Shown here in pieces: positions 1 to 13,000 of a DNA stretch of 64,000 nucleotides (position 1 is its first letter; every line of letters starts with the position of its first letter). The position numbers were made by a program, and so were the translations under genes. The stretch is from IMG/VR virus record IMGVR_UViG_3300042868_005134, positions 186,001-250,000 of that record; one strand, written 5' to 3'. The notes under the pieces are model-generated. The model was not told the DNA's origin. It saw nothing but the letters and a program-made list of their open reading frames with translations, and ran no database searches.

Positions 1-84
1 GATATTCCTGTACCGGAGTATTGGAAAAAATATTCTACAATAACCGACACATTCTCCAAGGAAATGCCACCCGAGAACGAGGAG

Positions 85-90
85 TAAATA
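85..90 (+). promoter_or_regulatory. T4-late-like TAAATA box
   Basis: TAAATA 5 nt before the ATG at 96. Confidence 0.55.
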
Positions 91-95
91 CTACT

Positions 96-539
96 ATGAC
101 AGCCAATCAGAAATTATTTAACAAGGTAGTACTAAAAGGCCCTGCCGGCAGAGCAACTGTGCCTGGATCTAAAACCTACAAAGGTTTTAGCAGTGTCAGC
201 GGCGACAGCAAGAGCTATAGCCTGTATGATCTAGCCTTAATTAAACAAGATATTATCAATCACTTTCATATTCGTCAAGGCGAACGGTTAGAAAATCCTA
301 CGTTCGGCACTATCATATGGGATGTATTATTTGAACCGTTGACGGAAGATCTAAAACAACTTATTGTAAAAAACGTTGAACAGATTATCAATTACGATCC
401 TCGGGTCAATGCCAACAATGTAATTGTTACAACCTACGAAAGCGGCCTACAAATAGAATGTACGCTGACTTATCTTCCTTATAACATACAAGAATCTCTC
501 CAATTTAAATTTGACCAAGCAAATGGTCTAATCGGCTAA
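96..539 (+). CDS. Baseplate wedge protein, T4 gp25-like
   Basis: gp25 signature 'GERLENPTFGTIIWDVLFEP...INYDPRV', immediately upstream of a gp6-like gene. ATG at 96 preferred over the TTG at 21 because it follows a TAAATA box (85-90). Confidence 0.88.
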   Translation: MTANQKLFNKVVLKGPAGRATVPGSKTYKGFSSVSGDSKSYSLYDLALIKQDIINHFHIRQGERLENPTFGTIIWDVLFEPLTEDLKQLIVKNVEQIINYDPRVNANNVIVTTYESGLQIECTLTYLPYNIQESLQFKFDQANGLIG

Positions 540-563
540 TTAAAATAGCATATAATAAAACCG

Positions 564-570
564 ATAAATA
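564..570 (+). promoter_or_regulatory. T4-late-like ATAAATA box
   Basis: Intergenic, upstream of the gp6-like gene. Confidence 0.6.
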
Positions 571-590
571 TCTGTATATGGGAAGCAGAT

Positions 591-3500
591 ATGTCAGCAA
601 CAGATAGACAAAATAGATTACTAGTAGCAGAAGACTGGAAACGTATATACCAGAGCTTCCGTAATGCCGATTTCCAAAGCTACGACTTTGAAAATCTACG
701 CCGCGTGATGATTAGTTATATCCGCGAGAATTATCCAGAAGATTTCAACGACTATATTGAATCAAGCGAATACCTTGCCCTAATCGACATGATTGCGTTC
801 TTGGGCCAAAGCATAGCTTTCCGTGTTGATTTAAATGCCCGTGAAAACTTCCTAGAGCTAGCAGAACGACGCGAAAGTGTGTTGCGTCTAGCACGTTTAT
901 TAAGTTATAAAACAAAACGTAATATTGCTGCATCGGGCTTGTTGAAATTTAATACTGTAAGTACTACTCAGTCAGTGTATGACAGCAACGGCAGAAATCT
1001 AGCCAATCAGGTTGTTGCGTGGAATGATCCAGCTAACACCAATTGGTACGACCAGTTTATTAAAGTTATCAATGCGGCCTTGCCGGCAACTAGACAGTAT
1101 GGAAATCCAGACGCAAAACAAGAAATTTATGGTATTCCCACTGAACAATATAGATTTCAAACAGTGAGCACTTCTATACCGGTATACTCTTTTAACAAAC
1201 CAGTAGATGGCCGCAGTATGAATTTTGAAATTGTAAGTACAACGTTTGCTGGTAAAACTGAAATATATGAAGAACCTCCTAGCATAGGAAACAGTTTGTC
1301 ATTCTTGTACAGAGACAGCGGCCGCGGCAACGGCAGTAGCAATACAGGATTCTTTTTAAGATTTACTCAAGGTACATTGAATCAAGGCAGCTTTACACTG
1401 AGCCAGCCAGCCACAGACGAATCAGTTGACCTAGACGCAGTTAACATTAACAACAGTGATGTGTGGTTATATAGACTAGATAACAACGGAACGGAAAGTG
1501 AGTATTGGGCACAAGTCCCTAGTTTCGAAGGCAATAATGTTATCTATAATAGTCTTAACAAAAGCATCCGAAACATATATGGTGTAGTAACTAGAGCCAG
1601 TGACAGAGTTAGTTTAGTGTTCAGTGACGGTGTGTTTGGTAATTTACCACAAGGCACATTTAGAACATACTACAGAACCAGCAACGGACTAAACTATACT
1701 GTTAATCCTAAAGATATTAAGAATGTTAGCATAGATATTCCTTATATTAGTCAAGTTGGCCAAGTTGAAACATTGAGTGTGACATTAAGTTTACAATCAA
1801 GCGTGTCTAATAGTGGCCCAACCGAAACTAACGACAGTATTAAGACTAATGCTCCTGCCACGTACTATACACAAAATAGAATGATTACAGGAGAAGATTA
1901 CAATATTAGTCCTCTAAGTGTTAATCAGCAAGTTGTAAAAGTAAAAGCAGTTAACCGCAGTTCAAGCGGTATCAGTCGATATTTTGACCTAGTAGACCCA
2001 ACAGGCAAGTACAGCAAAACTAACTTGTTTGCGGATGACGGTTTAATATATAAACAAGAATTCTCTGACAGTTTTAGATTTAAGTACGCCACTAGAACAG
2101 ACATAGAGGCAATTCTTTATAATGAATTGTCAGACGTTTTAAAATCATCTAATCTTAAAAATTTTTACTACGATAATTTTGAAAAAATTCCTGTAAATTT
2201 ATTAGAAGTTAAATGGTACAACAGAACATTGGATGTTAATCAGAGTACTGGCTACATTGAAGATACTGTATCGGGTACAAAGCAAAAAGTTTCTTCTTAT
2301 ACTGGTACCCTGTTACGATTTTTTACAGTGGGTGCCTTGATAAAATTTACAGCGCCCGCCGGTTATTACTTTGATAAAACAAAAAACAATGAGTTGGTGC
2401 CTGGCTCTGCCACAGTATTGAATTCTGCTACATTCATTTGGACAAAAGCAGTATCAATAGCGGGAGATGGAACAGCCAATGGTACTGGACTGTTGTTTGA
2501 TAAATCAGGACCTATTGTGTTAAATGATATAGTTCCAAATACTGCAGTATTATCTGAAATCATTCCTGCTTGGAGAACCAGCATAGAATCCAGTACTATA
2601 ACTGCCATGGTAGATTTGGTGTTTGGAAATAAAAAATTCGGTCTTCGATATGATATTGAAACAAGATTATGGAAAATTATTACAGAGACAAATCTTAACA
2701 CTAGCGAAGTCTTTAGCCTTGGTAGGCAAGGCGACGCCACTAATTCTAAAACGGACAGTAGTTGGCTAGTGCTATTCACGACAGATACAGAATACTATAC
2801 AGTGACTAGTAGATTAACACGTTACATATTTGAAAGTGCCCAACAGGTAAGATTCTTCTTTGATTCTAGCGATAAAATTTATGATACTCGTAATAATACT
2901 GTTGTTAAAGATGTAATCAAAGTTTTAAATATTAATACCAACCCGTTGTCTCCAGGCGGCACAACTCCATTTACCTATGATAGAGATTGGGAAATTACTG
3001 AAGAGTTTCGAGGTCTAGATGGTTATGTTGATACTAAAAAAATTCAAGTCACATTCAATGACAGCGACGATGATGGCGTAGTTGATGATCCTACATTATT
3101 TGATCAATTAGTAATACCTAACACATATATTGTATTAGAAAAATATGTTGTAGCACAAGGTCAAGAAGATTATCGTTATATTTCTAATGATAGTGACATT
3201 GTTGTTGTTGTTAACACACAAAATGATATAGTAATTTCTCAATACCAAGATGGCCAATATTTTTATATTGTAGATATTGACACTGTTAAAATATATGATA
3301 AAATTGCTTCTAATTTTATTCCCACTCTTGACTATAAAGTGTTTGTGGGTAGAGACAAAATTAAATTTCAATATATACATAACGCTGATTACGAGTCACG
3401 AATTGATCCAGGATTAACTAATCTTATTGACGTATTTGTACTAACCAAGCAATATGACATTGCTTATCGACAATGGTTGTCTGGCGCAGGAACTACTGAA

Positions 3501-4031
3501 CCGTTACCTCCTAGCAGCGATTTCTTGTACAATTTATTAAGTCCTGAACTTAATAAAATTAAATCTATCAGCGATGAAATTGTATATCACCCTTCAAAGT
3601 ACAAGGTTCTTTTTGGATCTAAAGCTACCACAGATTTACAGGCAACATTTAAAGTTGTAAAAAATTCTGAAATAGTAATCAGTGATAATGATATTAAAAC
3701 TAGAGTGCTAGTGGCAATATTAGAATTCTTTGCTTTAGAAAATTGGGAATTTGGAGATAATTTCTATTTTAGTGAATTATCAACCTACGTCATGAATAAA
3801 GTGTCTCCTTATATTGTAAATTTTGTTATAGTGCCTAAACAAAGTACTTTAAGTTTTGGCGGGTTGTACGAAATCCGTAGCGAAAAAGATCAAATTTTTA
3901 TCAACGGCGCCGGCATAGATGACATAGAAATTATTTCTACAATAACCGCAAGCAACATCAAGAGTGCCGTAATTCAAGCGAATCAAACAGCAGTGAGTCA
4001 GCAAACAATAACAAGTTTAGGGAGTAACTGA
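591..4031 (+). CDS. Baseplate wedge subunit, T4 gp6-like (1146 aa)
   Basis: N-terminal 'DFENLR...DYIESSE...ARENFLELAERRESVLRLARLLSY', central 'FSDGVFGNLP' and 'APATYYTQNRMITGEDY' are gp6/baseplate-J-type motifs; follows the gp25-like gene. Confidence 0.85.
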   Translation: MSATDRQNRLLVAEDWKRIYQSFRNADFQSYDFENLRRVMISYIRENYPEDFNDYIESSEYLALIDMIAFLGQSIAFRVDLNARENFLELAERRESVLRLARLLSYKTKRNIAASGLLKFNTVSTTQSVYDSNGRNLANQVVAWNDPANTNWYDQFIKVINAALPATRQYGNPDAKQEIYGIPTEQYRFQTVSTSIPVYSFNKPVDGRSMNFEIVSTTFAGKTEIYEEPPSIGNSLSFLYRDSGRGNGSSNTGFFLRFTQGTLNQGSFTLSQPATDESVDLDAVNINNSDVWLYRLDNNGTESEYWAQVPSFEGNNVIYNSLNKSIRNIYGVVTRASDRVSLVFSDGVFGNLPQGTFRTYYRTSNGLNYTVNPKDIKNVSIDIPYISQVGQVETLSVTLSLQSSVSNSGPTETNDSIKTNAPATYYTQNRMITGEDYNISPLSVNQQVVKVKAVNRSSSGISRYFDLVDPTGKYSKTNLFADDGLIYKQEFSDSFRFKYATRTDIEAILYNELSDVLKSSNLKNFYYDNFEKIPVNLLEVKWYNRTLDVNQSTGYIEDTVSGTKQKVSSYTGTLLRFFTVGALIKFTAPAGYYFDKTKNNELVPGSATVLNSATFIWTKAVSIAGDGTANGTGLLFDKSGPIVLNDIVPNTAVLSEIIPAWRTSIESSTITAMVDLVFGNKKFGLRYDIETRLWKIITETNLNTSEVFSLGRQGDATNSKTDSSWLVLFTTDTEYYTVTSRLTRYIFESAQQVRFFFDSSDKIYDTRNNTVVKDVIKVLNINTNPLSPGGTTPFTYDRDWEITEEFRGLDGYVDTKKIQVTFNDSDDDGVVDDPTLFDQLVIPNTYIVLEKYVVAQGQEDYRYISNDSDIVVVVNTQNDIVISQYQDGQYFYIVDIDTVKIYDKIASNFIPTLDYKVFVGRDKIKFQYIHNADYESRIDPGLTNLIDVFVLTKQYDIAYRQWLSGAGTTEPLPPSSDFLYNLLSPELNKIKSISDEIVYHPSKYKVLFGSKATTDLQATFKVVKNSEIVISDNDIKTRVLVAILEFFALENWEFGDNFYFSELSTYVMNKVSPYIVNFVIVPKQSTLSFGGLYEIRSEKDQIFINGAGIDDIEIISTITASNIKSAVIQANQTAVSQQTITSLGSN

Positions 4032-7000
4032 TGGCCTATAGCAACGATCAAAACGAGCCAAAGGTACCTATTTCAAATGTAGAAAAGCGTTCGAGCGCTG
4101 ACTTATTACCGAGGTTTTATAGAACACCCGGTAACAAGAAGTTTTTACAAGCAACAGTAGATCAGCTAATTCAACCTGGAACAGTTAAAAAACTTAACGG
4201 TTACGTTGGAAGACAAACTGCCAAGGCTGTTGTTAGTTCAGATACATTTCTCGAAGCTGCTGATCAAACTAGACAAAATTATCAACTAGAACCTGCTGCA
4301 GTCATTCAAGACTATCTTGGAAATACTACATTTTTTAAAGATTACATTGATCATATTAACCATATCAGTGTGTTTGATGGTGTCGTTGACAATCATAGTA
4401 GATTGAATCGTGAAGAATTTTATAGCTGGAATCCAAATATCTGCTGGGACAAATTTGTAAATTACCAACAGTATTACTGGCTTCCTTTTGGTCCTCGTCC
4501 TATTGAAGTGTTGGGTAATGAATTAGAAATTATCAGTACGTACTCTGTTACCGGAGTTGACGAGACTGATAATGTTGCGTATTTGTTTAATCCCGAAGGC
4601 CCGTTAGAGGGGTTGATTAGAAATCCTAAGATACGACTATTTAGAGGTCAAACTTATATTTTTGATATTAACGTTGTTGGACATCCGTTTAGTATTAAAA
4701 CTCAGCGCACTGCAGGCGACCTTTATAGATATACAAAAGGAGTCGATGCCTATGCTGTTGAAAACGGTAAAATTACCTTTACCGTTCCAGTGGATGCACC
4801 TGATGTATTATTTTATGTAAGTGAAAACGCAGTTGATACCGGCGGCGTATTTCACGTATTGGACATTACTGAAAATACTGCAATTAATCTAACAACTGAT
4901 TTTGTTGGAAAAAAGGAATACGTTATTCCTAACGGTACCGCAGAAGGTTTGCGAATCAGTAACGGAATGAAATTAAGTTTTGGAGGACAAGTGACTCCAG
5001 AAGAATATGCCAACGATTTTTGGTATGTAGAAGGCGTTGGAACAGCCATACGATTAGTTAGGGATAAAGATCTAGAAGTTAGAACATCATTTAATGAAGA
5101 AACTAGTATCCTTTTTGATGACAATCCATTCGATCAGTTGCCATTTGGCGACGCTAGTACATTACCTAGCACTAAAGATTATATAACAATCAATAGATCG
5201 AGCTCTGACAAAAACCCCTGGAGTAGATATAATAGATGGTTCCATCAAGATGTTATTATTGCTAGTGCTGCTGCCAATAATGTTCAATCAGGTTTGGATC
5301 AAACACAAAGGGCAATTCGTCCTATTATTGAATTTAATGCAGGCATTAAATTACACAATCATGGTCTTAGCTCTAAACAAAATATTGATGTAATTGATAA
5401 TTTTACAAAGGATGTTTTTAGTACCATCGAAGGTAGTTTAGGTTATAATGTAGATGGAATTGATCTTGCTGACGCTATGCGAGTGATTTTCACAAAAGAT
5501 ACAGATATACTTGTTAGAAACAAAATATACCGAGTAAACTTTATCGATGTAGTTGTCCCTAGTCGACAATTATCTTTTAACGGAACTACATCGGTTAATA
5601 TTACTAATAATACTTTTACCTTTGCTAGCGAACACGGCTTGTCGTCTAGTAACCGTGTCACTTACTTAAACAATGGCTTTGATACATTACCAGGATTAAC
5701 AAACAGACAAGTTTATTATGTGAAAGTTATAGATTCATTCACCATTGAATTACACACAAATACTGCGTTAACAAAACAGGTAGACATATTTTCAGCAGTC
5801 GATGCTGTTTATAAATTTGAAGTCTTTTCAGGAAGTCGTAGGCAAATAACATTAACAGAAGAATCGGACGCTGTTGCCATACTATACGAATCTGTAACAA
5901 TAAATTATGGTACTCAAGAAACACTCACATCTAGTATCAATGGCAATCAAGGTCAGACCTATTGGTTTACAGGCACTACTTGGAAACTAGCTCAAATAAA
6001 AACAAAGGTAAACCAAGCTCCGTTGTTTGATTTATTTGATAAAAATCAAATTAGTTTCACTGACACCTCAGTTTATGACGGCTCTACTTTTGAAGGTAAC
6101 AAGATTTTTAGTTATAAAGTAGGAACAGGTACAGTTGATAGTGAGTTGAACTTTCCGTTAACATATCAGAATATTAATAATATCGGTGATATTGTTTTTG
6201 AATTTAATCTATTAACAGACAAATTTGCCTATAAAGAAATAACCAATGTACTATACAAAGATACTGCAACCGGCTATTTAAAAATATCAAAAGATATCAA
6301 CAGGGCAGCTTACGAAAACGGATGGACTACAAGTTTAATTGAAGATTCACAGCCTGTGGTCAGAGTGTTTAAGGATCATATATATAACGGAACAACTATC
6401 CCTTTTCCGATTGATGTTTTTGATAATAAAAACGATCTAACAGATTTAGAAGTTCGAGTTTATATTAATGGAAATCGATTAGCAAAAGATCAATACACTG
6501 TCACTACTAGTGTAGTTAGGAAACAAGTAGAGTTGACTACAGCAGTGACAACTACAGATGTTGTAACACTACGTTGCTTTGCTAAACAAGCAAAAAATTC
6601 TAATGGTTATTATGAACTTCCAATTAGTTTACAGAACAATCCGTTAAATCACAATGTAGAACAGTTTACTCTAGGTCAAGTAATAGATCATGTAGGATCT
6701 ATTGTTGACAATATTACAACATTTACTGGCACTTATCCAGGTTACGGTAATCTTAGAGATATCGGCAATTTGAGTCCTTACGGCGTCCGCTTTGTACAGC
6801 ATAGCGGACCGATGAATCTTAGTTTATATCATATTGGATCTAAAAGTTCTAACGTAGTAAAAGCCATAGACATGGCAAGGAATGACTACGGCAAATTTAA
6901 ACGAGCATTCATAGTTGCTGCAACCGAAAGCGGAATAGATACAGATCCACGCCGACATGTCGATTTTGTTTTACAGATGATAAACAAGGACAGACCAAAA

Positions 7001-10000
7001 ACAAGCCCATATTACCTGTCAGATATGTTTGGTTACACAGCTTCGAATAGAATAGAATATACTGTTTTAGATTCAAGAATAAAAACATATCCGTTAACTA
7101 GCAAGTTTGGATTATCAACACTATCTAATAAAAGTGTCAACATTTATCTAAACGGAGACCAACTTGTACACGGCCGAGATTACGTATTTGGCGATGACGT
7201 ATTTTTCGAACTGTTAATTGACATCGTACAAGACGACCTTATTGAAGCATACGAGTATGAAACTACTGACGGATGTTTTTGCCCTGCCACTCCTACTAAG
7301 CTAGGGTTATATCCTAAATTTGAACCTAAGATTTATCTAGACGATACTTACGCTGAACCTACTCGAGTAATACAAGGACACGATGGTAGCATCACTATTG
7401 CCTTTGACGATTACAGAGATGACTTAATTTTAGAATTAGAAACTAGAATTTTTAATAACATAAAATGCGAGTATAATTCAGACATTTTTAATATTCACGA
7501 TTATATTCCAGGCTACAGCAGAACAACTCTGTATTCATTTAAAGAATTTAATAGAATACTATCTAAGTATTTCTTCCAGTGGACAACTAACATTCAAGAA
7601 GATTATACAAAACATATTGGGTACGATCAAACTGATAGTTTTACCTATAACTATCGAGGCAACTTCACACCTGACAATCAGGATGTTCCCGCAGCATGGC
7701 GCGGAATTTATACCTGGTTACTAGATACAATTCGCCCGCATAGTCATCCATGGGAATGTTTAGGATTTAGTATTGAACCATCTTGGTGGCAAGATGTATA
7801 TGGTCCAGCGCCATATACAAGTGATAACTTAATTCTATGGGACGACATTAAGGAGGGTATTATTCGACAACCTGGCGTGCCTGTTAGACGGGATGTTAAA
7901 TTTGCTAAGTCCTCGCTAGCTTATGGATTACCAGTCAACGACCAGGGCGTATTAATAAGCCCTAAAGATTCGGGAATGGTATCTGGTACTATACGATCAG
8001 GCGACAGCGGCTATTTTGAATTTGGAGATCAAGCCACAGTTGAATCAGCATGGAGACGCAGTAGCTATTATGCGTTTGCTCTTATTGAAACATGTCTGCT
8101 AATGCAGCCTAACAGTGTGTTAGGTCGATGTTTAGATAGAAGTAGAATTGTAAAAAATTTAAATAACCAATTAGTATATTCTGAAACTGGTTTACGTCTA
8201 CGATTAGAAGATATTGTTATTCCATCAACTAGCAACAGAAATGTAGATACCAGAGCTTATACTTGCGGCCTAATCAATTATCTAGTAGATTACCTATCAG
8301 GCGATAATGTCTTACGACTAGACGAATACCAGTTAGATTTAACATCTCTAACAAATAAAATAACAACACGTATAGGATCGTTTACCAGCCAGCCCAAATA
8401 TAAAATTTTATTAGACAGTAAAACTCCTAGCAGTACAGGCGGTGTGTTTGTGCCAGAAGAAAATTATTATGTAGATTTAAATATTTCTAGTGCCATAACA
8501 AAAGTTGTTTATAGCGGAGTAATAATAACAAAATTTGCTGACGGATTTGAAGTAAAAGGTTATAATTTTGACAATCCGTATTTCACTTATTATCCATCTA
8601 GACAAGATGACAGGGTAATAAATGTTGGAGGCATTAGTGAAGGTTACATTACTTGGAATTCTGGCCAAATTTATGCTGCTGGTAAGATTGTTAAAAATAA
8701 CAATCAGTATTACAGAGTAAAAACTAATCATACAAGTGTTGAAACATTCGACAGTCAATACTATGCTAGACTAGCTGAGTTGCCGGTTGTAGGCGGCAGA
8801 GACGCTATTTTAAGAAAAACTTGGGATTACGATGAGCCGCAAACTGTGGCATACGGTACTAAGATAACAACTATACAAGCTATGGTTGATTTTTTACAAG
8901 GCTATGGAGCCTATCTAGAACAACAAGGTTTTGTTTTCGACGACTTCAACAACGAGCTTGCCGTTATTACCAATTGGGAAACTAGTGTAAAAGAATTTCT
9001 ATTCTGGTCAACTCAAAATTGGGCCGCAGGTGCAGTTATAAGTTTAAGCCCAGCCGCTAACCGATTAATTTTTAAATCTAATATTGCTGCCGTAGATGAC
9101 CTTACAGATCCATTTTACGGATATAGTATTTTTAGAGTTGATGGTCAAAAATTAGATCCTGAGTTTATAACAACTTATAGAAAAGACGGCGAATTTACGT
9201 TACAGCCGCAAGATACAAATCACGGAATATTTGGAGCTACTTTATTTCTTGTACAAAAAGAACATATTGTAGTATTAGATAATACAACGTTATTCAATGA
9301 CACAGTGTATGATCCTGAAGCAGGATACAGACAAGAAAGAGTTAAGGTACTAGGTTACGTTACTAGCAACTGGAATGGCAGTTTTGAAATTCCAGGTTTT
9401 ATCTACGACAGAGCTATTGTTAATGCGTGGACACCTTGGACTGATTTTGCGTTAGGCGACATTGCTAAACACAAAGAGTTTTATTATAGTGCTAAAAGTT
9501 TCTTAGTAGGAACAGAAACATTTAATGATGATAGCTGGGTATTATTAACAGAAAAACCCAAAGCAGAACTATTACCTAACTGGGATTATAAAGCTGAGAC
9601 TTTTGCTGACTTTTATGATTTAGATACTGACAATTTAGATAGCGGACAGCAAAAAATTGCTCAACACTTAATTGGATATCAGAAACGTCAGTACCTTGAA
9701 AACATTATTCAAAATGATGTAAGCCAGTACAAGTTTTATCAAGGCATGATTATTGAAAAAGGCACACAGAATGTTTTAAACAAACTGTTTGATGTGCTAA
9801 GTGCCGATGGCATGGAAAGTTTAACATTCGACGAAGAGTGGGCATTCCGTGTTGGAGAATATGGCGCAGTGGATACATTTGACGAAGTTGAATTTAAATT
9901 AGACGAAAGAGAATTTAAAACTAATCCTCAACCGATTGAGTTAGTAAATTCTATCGATCCGTTGCTAACAGATTTTGTCTATAGACAACGCCCTGTTGAT

Positions 10001-13000
10001 GTTTATGTTAAGCCATATAACTACACTAATGATATTTGGCCAGTTAAAACTACCGGCACATATTTAAGAACTCCGGGATATATACGCTCGGAAGATGTAA
10101 AACTTAGCATAGATAATTTACAAGATTTAATCACTGTTGACATTTCGTCTTTTAAAGAAGGTGATTATGTATGGTGTGCGTTTGAAAATCGAGACTGGAA
10201 TGTTTATAGATTTAGTAAAACACCTTTTAAGATTAACAATATTACATACTCGAACAAAGTAATAACTATTGTTTGTGATAAAGTAATAACGTTAACTGTT
10301 GGAGATGTAGTAGGGATAGAGAATAGTGTCTCTGTTCAAGGATTCCACATAGTTGCTTCAGTTTCTCTTAATACATTTACTGTATCTAAAGAAGTACAAG
10401 GTTGGCAAACTTGGACTGACCAAGATACAGTGTTAAGTTATCAATTTAATTTACATCGAGTTGAAAACATCGATAACGCGAATTCTATTATTCCACGTTA
10501 TATTAAACCTAACGAATTAATTTGGGCAGACAACAACGGACACAGTAAATGGTCAACGTATCAATACGCTCCTGTTTATAGTCAAGGTACAATTTTAAAT
10601 ATCGACGTTAGGACAAATTTAAACTTTGGTTTAGCAACAGCAATTACTGACGACGGAAACGTGGCTGCTGTAACAGATATCGACGGCGTTACAATTTATG
10701 AAAAAAGTTCTTCGGATAATGTATGGTTAAGTAAACAACGCATTTTGACTACCGCTGTATTGTCGCCTGGCGAGTTTGGTTCTCTAATCAAATTTAGTAA
10801 AGACGGTCGCTGGTTGGCAATTTCAGCACCATTGGCAGATATTGGATTTACAAATCAAGGGTGTGTATTCTTATACGAACAAGGCACCGACGGACAATTT
10901 GATTTATCAAATACTATTGTTAGTCCTGTACCTTCAGCTGGCGAAAAATTTGGTATAAATCTTGCTTTTGGAAGAAAACCTAACCCTACTGTTTTGTATA
11001 GCGCACTAACAGGCACATACACTGAAAACGGTAACGGAGCAGTATGGACAGTTACACGTATCGGATCTTCTTATGTATTACTAGTTTCCGACAGAGGCTT
11101 GCGATATAAAGCCGGCGAAACTATTGTCATTCCAGGATCTCAATTGGGCGGCACAAATGTTGACAACGATTTAACCATCATTATCAATACAGTAGATTCT
11201 GTCACTGGATCTATAGAAAACTTTACTTACACTGGTTCGGGCCTAGGCGATGTTTATATCTTGGCAATAACAGCAGAAGGTTATAACAGCAATCAGGGTA
11301 GAGTTTACACTTATAAATTTGACAGTATTACAGTATGGAATCAATTTGTAACATTGTCAACTAGTACGATTTCGGGTGACTACTTTGGATACGATTTAGC
11401 AATTGACACTAATTTAACAATCGTAGCGTCTGCTCCATCAGCAGATACCGAATCTGGTAAAGTATTTGTATATTCTTATACTGGATCTAACTATTCCTTG
11501 GTTAAGACATTAGTAGGTAACATAGTTGACAACGCTGAAAGATTTGGCGAAAGCGTATCGATAACAACAGACGGTGACTATATTGCGGTTGGTAGCACAT
11601 TAATGAATGTCAGCAACAAGAAAGATGTAGGGCAAATCTTAATCTATAAGCAATCAGATTCTACATATACTACGGGCACGCCTTATCAAGTTATTGATAG
11701 TCCCCGTAACGAAGTTAACGAACGTTATGGTACCGACATTGAATTTATGAATAATAAAACACTAGTAGTGTTTTCTAAAAATGGTAACATAGAAAATATC
11801 ACGGTGTTTGATGAATTATCTACTACATTCGATAACAGTAATTTACAACTAATCGATGTAGCAGTGGATGTAGGCCGTATTGATATTTTTGATATGTACA
11901 ACACTAAATTTGTCTACGGCGAGAGTCTAGATAATATCAGTGTTATTAATTCTGGTTACGGTGAAGAAATTGCTGTGGGCAATAATACTGTCTTGGTAAG
12001 TGCTATTAAAGAAACTAGTCAAGGTTTTACAAATTCAGGAAACGTTTATTCTTATATCAAGCCCGGAGAAAAATTTAGCTGGATGCCTATTCACACGCAA
12101 GTTGATAGCGTAGACATAGGAAAAATTAAAAAAGTTTATCTCTATAATACAGTAACTAACGAGCTAGTAAAATATTTAGACGTCATTGATCCTTTACAAG
12201 GTAAGATCCCAGGAGTAGCAGATCAAGAAATCAGATATAAAACTTTCTACGATCCTGCTATCTATTCTGTTGGAACATCGTCAGTTAATGTTGATGACGG
12301 TATGAATTGGACTACGGTACAAGTTGGTCAACTATGGTGGGATCTAACACGAGCTAAATTCTTAGATACTCAAAGCGGCGATGTAATTTACAGAACAAGT
12401 AGCTGGAATACACTGTACGAAACAGCAAGTATAGACGTTTACGAATGGGTAGAAACTTCGTTATTGCCTTCAGCTTGGATTAAGCAATCAAGCACTGATG
12501 CCGGAATAGCCAGAGGTATCAGCGGCACACCAAAATACAGCGACGAAGTTTATAGTGTTAAAAAACGTTACGACTCTGTTAGTAAAACTTTTAAAGAAAC
12601 TTATTTTTATTGGGTAAAAGGAAAAAAAGATGCTCCTAACGTTTCAGGCAGAACGTTGAATAGTTATGATGTAGCACAGTTAATTGCTGATCCTGCTGGA
12701 TATGGATATAGCTTTATTGCTTTCACAGGCACAAATAGTTTCGCATTAGTGAATTGCGAAAAATATTTACAATCTAATAATGTTGCGTTAAGTGTACAGT
12801 ATTGGTTAAGCGATAACAAAACTAGCAACTATCATAGTCAGTGGAAATTATTGAGTACTAATAGAAACACTATTATACCTACAGCTATTGAAGAAAAGTG
12901 GTTTGACAGTTTAATTGGCAAGGACTCCAATGACAGAGTTATACCTGATACTAGCTTGCCGTTAAAGAACCGACACGGTATTGAATTTAAACCTAGACAA

